Source: a virus (lineage: Duplodnaviria; Heunggongvirae; Uroviricota; Caudoviricetes). From it: 8,139 nucleotides of DNA. The stretch spans positions 1 to 8,139 of IMG/VR virus record IMGVR_UViG_2703718820_000003; one strand, given 5' to 3'. This document shows, in pieces, positions 1 through 5,517 of the stretch. Position 1 is the stretch's first letter; the number at the start of each line of letters is the position of its first letter. The translations under genes and the position numbers were made by a program. Below the pieces are notes generated by a model. The model was given only the letters and a program-made list of their open reading frames with translations. It made no database searches and was not told where the DNA came from.

Positions 1-1
1 G

Positions 2-250
2 ATCGACCCGGTTAAGGAAGCTGAAGCCTGGAGAATTCAGATCCGGGGTGGTGCAGCGACAGAATCTGACTGGGTGCGTGCCGGCGGGCGCAATCCGGAT
101 GAGGTCAAACGTCGCCGCAAGGCTGAAATTGATGAAAACAGCAGACTGGGGCTGGTCTTTGATACTGACCCCGTCAACGACAAAGGAGGCAACAGTGCCG
201 GAACTGAACGACAGTATCAGCGTGACACCGAAAGCCAGCATGAAGAATAA
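2..250 (+). CDS. Putative portal protein, C-terminal fragment (5' end outside window)
   Basis: Frame 2 is open from the window edge to TAA at 248-250 with no in-frame start, so the ORF track missed it. The translation (..ESDWVRAGGRNPDEVKRRRKAEIDENSRLGLVFDTDPVNDKGGNSAGTERQYQRDTESQHEE*) is charged and protein-like, unlike the N-terminal extension of the 48..2219 ORF. Portal assignment rests only on its position upstream of the protease/capsid gene. Confidence 0.4.
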   Translation: MDPVKEAEAWRIQIRGGAATESDWVRAGGRNPDEVKRRRKAEIDENSRLGLVFDTDPVNDKGGNSAGTERQYQRDTESQHEE

Positions 251-2219
251 ATCCTGGTTCAGGATGCAGGCTGGGGGGCCGGGTGACGCGGATATTTATA
301 TTTATGACGAGATTGGTTTCTGGGGAGTTACCGCGAAGCAGTTTGTCAGCGAACTGAATGCTCTGGGTGATATCACCCACATTAATCTCCACATCAACTC
401 ACCGGGTGGCGATGTCTTTGAAGGCATCGCCATTTTTAATTCCCTGAAAAATCAGGGGGCGACCATTACCGTGTATGTGGATGGCGTTGCCGCCTCGATG
501 GCATCTGTGATTGCGATGGCCGGTGATACGGTCATTATGCCGGAAAATGCCTTCATGATGATCCATAAGCCATGGGGATTCAGTGGCGGGGATGCTGAGG
601 ATATGCGCAGTTATGCTGATTTGCTGGATAAAGTCGAATCGGTACTGTTGCCAGCCTATGCGCAGAAAACCGGAAAAACCACCGATGAAATTGCCGCCAT
701 GCTGGCGGATGAAACCTGGATGTCCGGTGCCGAATGTCTGGCACACGGATTTGCTGACCAGGTAACACCCGCTGTTGAGGCAATGGCATGTATTCAGTCA
801 AAACGTACAGAGGAATTTAAAAAGATGCCGGAATCCATCCGAAACATGATTACTCCGCCACGCAACAGTGCCCCGCGTGATACCACAGTGACAATCCCTG
901 CACCGGCGGTAACAGAACCATCACCGGTACCGGCAGTGTCTGATGAGGCGACCATTCGCGCCCGCGTTATGGCTGAGCAGAAAGCCCGCATGTCAGGCAT
1001 TAACGATCTGTTTGCCATGTTTGGCGGTCGCTATCAGGCGCTTCAGGCGCAGTGTTTGGCCGATCCTGACTGTTCGCTGGAAATGGCCCGCGAGCGCCTT
1101 CTGAATGAAATGGGCAAGGAGTCATCGCCGACCAACAAAAACACACCGGCCCATATTTATGCCGGAAACGGCAATTTTGTGGGAGACGGGATCCGCCAGG
1201 CGATGCTGGCCCGTGCCGGATTTGAAAATGTCGAGAAGGATAACGCCTATAACGGGATGACCCTGCGTGAATGGGCTCGCATGTCACTGACGGAGCGCGG
1301 TATTGGGGTGGCCAGTTATAACCCCATGCAGATGGTCGGGCTGGCGCTGACGCACAGCACCTCTGATTTTGGCAATATCCTGCTGGATGTGTCGAACAAG
1401 GGGCTGATCCAGGGCTGGGAGGAATCAGAGGAAACCTTCCAGAAGTGGACCCGTAAGGGCCGCCTGTCAGACTTCAAAACAGCGTATCGCGTGGGGATGG
1501 GCGGTTTTGGTTCTCTGCGTCAGGTTCGTGAGGGGGCGGAGTATAAATACATCACCACCTCAGATCGCAAGGAAACCATCGCACTGGCCACTTACGGGGA
1601 AATTTTCTCCATCACCCGTCAGGCCATTATCAATGATGACCTGAATATGCTGGTGGATGTGCCGATGAAGATGGGGCGCGCGGCGAAGGCAACAATTGGT
1701 GACCTGGTCTACAAGGTGCTGACGGATAACCCGAAACTGTCAGACGGCAAGGCGCTGTTCCATGCCGATCACAAAAATATTGCCACCGGGGGGATCTCGG
1801 TTTCCGGACTGGATGCGGCCCGTCAGATGATGCGCCTGCAGAAAGAAGGCGAGCGCGCCCTGAATATCCGTCCGGCCTTTATGCTGGTACCGGTGGCACT
1901 GGAGACGGTGGCGAACCAGACCATCAAATCGGCCAGTGTGAAAGGGGCGGATGCAAACGCCGGTGTCATTAACCCCATCCAGAACTTTGCTGAGGTGATT
2001 GCGGAAGCGCGTCTTGATGCGGCAGATCCGAAAACCTGGTATCTGGCGGCGGCACAGGGCACAGACACCATTGAAGTGGCCTGGCTGGATGGTGTGGACA
2101 CGCCATACATTGATCAGCAGGAAGGTTTCACCACTGACGGCATTGCCACAAAAATTCGTATTGATGCCGGTGTGGCACCACTTGACTGGCGCGGTCTGGT
2201 GCGTTCGTCGGTGGCCTGA
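195..2219 (+). CDS. Tripartite head gene: ClpP-like (S14) prohead protease, linker/scaffold, HK97-fold major capsid domain (Gifsy-2-type)
   Basis: Single open frame. Preferred start is GTG 195-197, 5 nt after a perfect AGGAGG (184-189); ATG 240 is the alternative. ClpP catalytic motifs are visible: Ser in GVAASMA (codon 495-497) and His in MMIHKPWG (codon 564-566). A Pro-rich linker (ITPPRNSAPRDTTVTIPAPAVTEPSPVPAV) and an Ala/Gln-rich helical segment follow, then a ~330 aa C-terminal domain resembling HK97-fold/Mu gpT-like capsid proteins (from memory). It ends in tandem stops TGA TAA (2217-2222). Confidence 0.85.
   Translation: MPELNDSISVTPKASMKNKSWFRMQAGGPGDADIYIYDEIGFWGVTAKQFVSELNALGDITHINLHINSPGGDVFEGIAIFNSLKNQGATITVYVDGVAASMASVIAMAGDTVIMPENAFMMIHKPWGFSGGDAEDMRSYADLLDKVESVLLPAYAQKTGKTTDEIAAMLADETWMSGAECLAHGFADQVTPAVEAMACIQSKRTEEFKKMPESIRNMITPPRNSAPRDTTVTIPAPAVTEPSPVPAVSDEATIRARVMAEQKARMSGINDLFAMFGGRYQALQAQCLADPDCSLEMARERLLNEMGKESSPTNKNTPAHIYAGNGNFVGDGIRQAMLARAGFENVEKDNAYNGMTLREWARMSLTERGIGVASYNPMQMVGLALTHSTSDFGNILLDVSNKGLIQGWEESEETFQKWTRKGRLSDFKTAYRVGMGGFGSLRQVREGAEYKYITTSDRKETIALATYGEIFSITRQAIINDDLNMLVDVPMKMGRAAKATIGDLVYKVLTDNPKLSDGKALFHADHKNIATGGISVSGLDAARQMMRLQKEGERALNIRPAFMLVPVALETVANQTIKSASVKGADANAGVINPIQNFAEVIAEARLDAADPKTWYLAAAQGTDTIEVAWLDGVDTPYIDQQEGFTTDGIATKIRIDAGVAPLDWRGLVRSSVA
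1649..1656 (+). other. Chi octamer GCTGGTGG
   Basis: Exact 8-mer on the + strand inside the capsid domain coding region. A single occurrence is within chance expectation. Confidence 0.5.
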
Positions 2220-2233
2220 TAACCGCGTTATCA
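2217..2233 (+). other. Perfect inverted repeat TGATAAC-cgc-GTTATCA overlapping the capsid tandem stop codons
   Basis: Read directly from sequence: 7-bp arms with a 3-nt spacer. Could form an RNA hairpin or be a dyad-symmetric protein-binding site. Confidence 0.4.
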
Positions 2234-2241
2234 CAATCACT

Positions 2242-2260
2242 GCCCGAAAGGGCTTTTTTT
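2242..2260 (+). terminator. Candidate intrinsic (rho-independent) terminator downstream of the capsid gene
   Basis: GCCC-GAAA-GGGC (4-bp GC stem, GNRA-type loop) immediately followed by T7 (2254-2260). The stem is short, so it is probably partial/attenuating. Confidence 0.45.
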
Positions 2261-2271
2261 ATGCCTGAAAA

Positions 2272-2290
2272 ACAGCCCCACAGGGGCTGT
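2272..2290 (+). other. Strong hairpin ACAGCCCC-aca-GGGGCTGT just upstream of the next gene's ribosome-binding site
   Basis: 8-bp perfect GC-rich stem read from sequence. On the minus strand it would be followed by a U5 run (complement of A 2268-2272), so it could act as an antisense-direction terminator or an mRNA stability element. Confidence 0.4.
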
Positions 2291-2306
2291 CCGGAGAAAC
2301 AGCATT

Positions 2307-2633
2307 ATGGCGAAAAATTTTGTACAGGACGGCACCACCATTGAACTGGTGAATGCCGGAGATCATACCATCCTGAGCGGTGCTGCGGTGGTGGTCGGCA
2401 GTATGGTGGCAGTGGCCATTACCGATATTCCTGCCGGTGATGCCGGTGACGGTTTTGCCGAAGGCGTGTTCCTGCTGCCCAAACAGTCTGCTGACGATAT
2501 TCAGTCCGGCGCGGTGGTTTATCTGAAGGACGGGGTTGTGCAGCTGGCTGCAGACGGTGCGGTGGCCGCGGGGGTAGCCTGGGAAAATGCCCCTGCAAAC
2601 AGCGCCACTGTGGCGGTAAAAATCAATGTCTGA
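2307..2633 (+). CDS. Small Gly/Ala/Val-rich head protein, DUF2190-like; possible capsid decoration/cement protein
   Basis: 108 aa ORF with GGAG at 2293-2296 upstream of ATG 2307. It sits right after the capsid gene, and its stop overlaps the next start (ATGTCTGA, 2626-2633). The functional call is from family recollection and position only; it shows no obvious similarity to lambda gpD. Confidence 0.6.
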   Translation: MAKNFVQDGTTIELVNAGDHTILSGAAVVVGSMVAVAITDIPAGDAGDGFAEGVFLLPKQSADDIQSGAVVYLKDGVVQLAADGAVAAGVAWENAPANSATVAVKINV

Positions 2634-2907
2634 TCTGTTTACGCGAATGTGTTGCCGGATGGACGGGGCGACCGTTCGGGTGATGGGCAAACAGGCGGAG
2701 ATTAACGGCGTCGTGTACGACGTGATGCCGGAGGAAGAGTCCGCGGAGATGGGGGCGCTTTCGGGCAGCCAGCTGTCACTGGTGGTGTTTTCAGCCCGGT
2801 ACCGTCCGGCCCGTCATGATGTTGTTGTGTTTGCGGGGCGCACACTGACGGTGACCCGTTATGACACGTACAACGGTAAACCCCGGATTTTTGTCGAACA
2901 GGAATGA
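2626..2907 (+). CDS. Head-tail joining/head completion protein, lambda gpFII-like
   Basis: 93 aa ORF coupled to both neighbours (start overlaps the upstream stop; its stop overlaps the Z region in ATGA at 2904-2907). Size, position before Z and overall pattern resemble gpFII-type proteins; the family assignment is from memory. Confidence 0.6.
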   Translation: MSDLFTRMCCRMDGATVRVMGKQAEINGVVYDVMPEEESAEMGALSGSQLSLVVFSARYRPARHDVVVFAGRTLTVTRYDTYNGKPRIFVEQE

Positions 2908-2909
2908 GT

Positions 2910-3533
2910 ATGGCAATAAAAGGTCTGGCGCAGGCCATGAAAAATCTGGATGCAATTGATCGCCGTGCCGTTCCCCGGGCCTCTGCCACGACACTGAACC
3001 GCGTGGCGGGGGCCATTATTGCGAAAACGGCCTCTTCAGTTGCCAGGAAGCTGGCCGTTCCCCGCCGTCTTATCCGTGCCCGCATCCGGTTAAGTCCGGC
3101 ACGACCGGATAAGGTTTACGCAAAGGTTTACATCAATACCGGCAACCTGCCCGCCATCAAACTGGGGGAGGCCCGCGTTCGACTTTCCCGCAGAAAACGG
3201 AGAAAGAAAGGACAGCGTGCGGCCCTGAAAGGGGGCGGCAGTGTGCTGATTGTGGGGAAAAGACGGATCCCGGATGCCTTTGTCACCCGCCTGGCTAACG
3301 GACGCTGGCATGTGATGCAGCGTATGCCGTGGGCATCATCGTCCACCGGCGCGGACAGCAAAGGGAGGCCGAAACGCCACCGTCTGCCGATCGAAGTGGT
3401 GAAGATTCCGACTGCCGGACCGCTGGCAGAAACCTTTGAACGTGAACGGGAGCGGATGTACCGGGAAAAATTACCGGCGCAGATGATGAAAGCCATGACG
3501 CATCAGTTACGCCTGGTGCTGAAAAGAAAATGA
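2910..3533 (+). CDS. Z: Minor tail protein Z (tail completion)
   Basis: Translation from ATG 2910 (MAIKGLAQAMKNL..RLSRRKRRKKGQR..NGRWHVMQR..HQLRLVLKRK) closely matches lambda gpZ as I recall it, including the polybasic RRKRRKKGQR motif. AGGA sits 7 nt upstream of ATG 2910; the ORF-track start at 2904 has no usable SD spacing. Confidence 0.9.
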   Translation: MAIKGLAQAMKNLDAIDRRAVPRASATTLNRVAGAIIAKTASSVARKLAVPRRLIRARIRLSPARPDKVYAKVYINTGNLPAIKLGEARVRLSRRKRRKKGQRAALKGGGSVLIVGKRRIPDAFVTRLANGRWHVMQRMPWASSSTGADSKGRPKRHRLPIEVVKIPTAGPLAETFERERERMYREKLPAQMMKAMTHQLRLVLKRK

Positions 3534-3545
3534 CAGGGAGGGTGT

Positions 3546-3944
3546 ATGAAACACCGTGAAATACGGGCGGCAATATTGTCTGCTCTGAAAGAAAATATTT
3601 CTGACCGGGTGACCTGGTTTGATGGCCGTCCGGTATTTATTGATGAACAGGAACTGCCTGCGGTGGCGGTTTATCTGACAGATGCTTCTGCGACGGAGGA
3701 GTTTGTTGACGAGGGGACCTGGGAGGCCGTGCTTCATATCGAGGTGTTTCTCAGGGCGAAAGAGACGGACTCCGTGCTGGATATGTGGATGGAAGAAAAA
3801 ATCCTTCCGGCGCTGGAGGCGGTTCCCGGGCTCAGTGCATTACTGCTGAAGATGAATCTTCAGGGGTATGACTACCGCCGGGATGATGAATATATGATGT
3901 GGGGATCGGCAGATCTCCTGTGGAAAATTACCTACGAGATGTGA
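3546..3944 (+). CDS. U: Tail terminator protein U
   Basis: 132 aa, [67 protein letters not shown], very similar to lambda gpU (131 aa) end to end. GGGAGGG RBS at 3536-3542. Confidence 0.92.
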   Translation: MKHREIRAAILSALKENISDRVTWFDGRPVFIDEQELPAVAVYLTDASATEEFVDEGTWEAVLHIEVFLRAKETDSVLDMWMEEKILPALEAVPGLSALLLKMNLQGYDYRRDDEYMMWGSADLLWKITYEM

Positions 3945-3951
3945 GGACGAT

Positions 3952-4701
3952 ATGGCAACACCAAATCCCCTGGCGCCGGTAAAAGGTTCCGGCACCACGC
4001 TCTGGGTTTATACCGGAAATGGCGATGCCTGGGCAAACCCGCTGTCAGATGATGACTGGACGCGCCTGGCAAAAATAAAGGATCTGACACCCGGCGAGAT
4101 GACGGCGGAATCTTACGACGATAACTATCTGGATGATGAGGATGCTGACTGGGTATCCACCGGGCAGGGGCAGAAATCCGCCGGTGACACCAGTTTTACG
4201 CTGGCCTGGAAGCCCGGTGAGAAAGGGCAGCGTGATTTGATTGCCTGGTTTGACAGCAGCGAGACCCGGGCCTACAAAATCCGCTTCCCGAACGGCACGG
4301 TGGATGTGTTCCGGGGCTGGGTGAGCGCCATTGGTAAATCCGTGACCGCCAAAGAAGTGATCACCCGCACTGTGAAAATCACCAATATTGGTCGTCCGTC
4401 GCTGGCTGAGGATCGGGGAGAAATCACACCGGTCACCGGTATTACCGTGACGCCACTAACGGGGAATGTGGCAAAAGGTCAGAATATCACCCTGACCGTG
4501 GCCGTTCAGCCGGAAGGCGCAACGGATAAAACGTTCCGCGCAACCTCAGCGAATCAGAATTTCGCCACCATTACCGTGAAGGGGAACACGATCACCGTGA
4601 AAGGTGTTGCGGCAGGTAAAGCGCAGATCCCTGTTGTCACCGGCAATGGTGAGTTTGCGGCGGTGGCGGAGATCACCGTCACGGATGGCGCTGCGGGCTG
4701 A
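3952..4701 (+). CDS. V: Major tail tube protein V with C-terminal Ig-like (Big_2-type) domain
   Basis: 249 aa. The N-terminal ~155 aa ([68 protein letters not shown]) is near-identical in pattern to lambda gpV. The C-terminal ~90 aa (..[33 protein letters not shown]) is the Ig-like domain. GAGGA RBS at 3943-3947. Confidence 0.93.
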   Translation: MATPNPLAPVKGSGTTLWVYTGNGDAWANPLSDDDWTRLAKIKDLTPGEMTAESYDDNYLDDEDADWVSTGQGQKSAGDTSFTLAWKPGEKGQRDLIAWFDSSETRAYKIRFPNGTVDVFRGWVSAIGKSVTAKEVITRTVKITNIGRPSLAEDRGEITPVTGITVTPLTGNVAKGQNITLTVAVQPEGATDKTFRATSANQNFATITVKGNTITVKGVAAGKAQIPVVTGNGEFAAVAEITVTDGAAG

Positions 4702-4716
4702 GGGGGGAGATAAAGC

Positions 4717-5139
4717 ATGTTTCTGAAAACAGAACAATTTGAATATAACGGGGTGTCCGTCACGCTGTCGGAGCTGTCTGCGCTGCAGCGGTTTGATTAT
4801 ATGAAGTTTGTTTCAGACGCAGCACAACAGGAGACAACGGAGCATGATGCCGTGCACATTAACCAGCGATATCTGGAAACGGCATCCCTGCTTGTGGCGA
4901 TGTCGCTATGGCATTCCCATTCCCTCAAAGGCACTCTGGCCTCTCCGGAGACAGAGATGCAGCAGATCCGCCGTGAAGTGATGCTGGGATGGCCTGCTGA
5001 TGCACTGAATCAGGCAACGAACCGGGTGCTTTATCTTTCAGGTATGCTGGATAACCGGCACGATGCCGATCCTGAACCAGCCGGGAAAGCAGAAGCGACT
5101 GAGCCGGTAACATCAAAAAAGCATTCGAAGGCGAGCTGA
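4717..5139 (+). CDS. G: Tail assembly chaperone G
   Basis: 140 aa, MFLKTEQFEYNGVSVTLSELSALQR.. matches the lambda gpG N-terminus. G-rich RBS at 4702-4709; stop TGA 5137-5139. Confidence 0.9.
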   Translation: MFLKTEQFEYNGVSVTLSELSALQRFDYMKFVSDAAQQETTEHDAVHINQRYLETASLLVAMSLWHSHSLKGTLASPETEMQQIRREVMLGWPADALNQATNRVLYLSGMLDNRHDADPEPAGKAEATEPVTSKKHSKAS

Positions 5140-5474
5140 ACTTTGTCCTGAAACTGGCGCGTGAGATGGGGAGAGCCGACTGGCGCGCCATGCTTGCCGG
5201 GATGACATCCACCGAATATGCCGACTGGCGACATTTTTACTGCACGCATTATTTTCAGGATACCCAGCTGGATATGCATTTTTCCGGGCTGACGTACGCC
5301 GTACTCAGCCTGTTTTTTTGCGATCCGGATATGCATCCGGCGGATTTCAGCCTGTTCGCTCCGGAGGCAGAGGAAGGGCAGGCAGAGACGCCGGACGAAA
5401 ATGATGTACTGATGCAGAAGGCGGCGGGCCTCGCCGGTGGAGTCCGTTTCGGGGAGGAGGGAAGGAGGTTGTGA
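4717..5474 (+). CDS. T: Tail assembly protein G-T fusion via programmed -1 ribosomal frameshift (join 4717..5121, 5121..5474)
   Basis: The T frame is open only from 5103 (TGA at 5100-5102) and overlaps the G frame across the slippery heptamer. After a -1 slip it reads ..KKAFEGELNFVLKLAREMGRADWRAMLAGMTSTEYADWRHFY.. to TGA 5472-5474. The ORF-track Met at 5166 has no SD, and lambda T is known to be made only as G-T. Confidence 0.8.
5115..5121 (+). other. -1 frameshift slippery heptamer A_AAA_AAG for G-T
   Basis: In the G frame the codons are tcA AAA AAG (5113-5121), an X_XXY_YYZ heptamer in correct phase, 5 codons before the G stop. After slippage the T frame continues AAA AAA GCA. Confidence 0.75.
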
Positions 5475-5517
5475 CAGTTATTGATGGCATCAGAGGACAT
5501 TTCAGGAGGTGACCACG

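Noticed and set aside
1-37. GATC at the window start and the EcoRI site GAATTC at 32-37 as a possible cloning boundary
   Set aside because: Single common restriction sites occur by chance and are not evidence of an engineered junction.
48-194. N-terminal extension of the 48..2219 ORF (MVQRQNLTGCVPAGAIRMRSNVAARL..)
   Set aside because: Not protein-like and has no RBS, while frame 2 over the same bases encodes a plausible charged C-terminus of the upstream gene. The real start is more likely GTG 195 or ATG 240.
1999-2268. 89 aa + strand ORF overlapping the 3' end of the capsid gene
   Set aside because: Out-of-frame overlap with a strongly supported gene, and it runs through the terminator-like hairpin. 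No supporting signals.
2904-2906. ATG 2904 as the Z start (ORF-track call)
   Set aside because: Only 1 nt from the nearest purine-rich SD-like sequence. ATG 2910 gives the lambda-like MAIKG N-terminus with proper SD spacing.
5083-5089. GGGAAAG (lambda-like heptamer) as the frameshift site
   Set aside because: It is out of phase with the G reading frame (codons GGG AAA G..), and the T frame has a TGA at 5100-5102 downstream of it, so a slip here would terminate immediately.
5166-5474. Stand-alone 102 aa ORF in the track
   Set aside because: No Shine-Dalgarno upstream of ATG 5166, and the frame is open from 5103 across a slippery heptamer. It is interpreted as the T portion of the G-T frameshift fusion.
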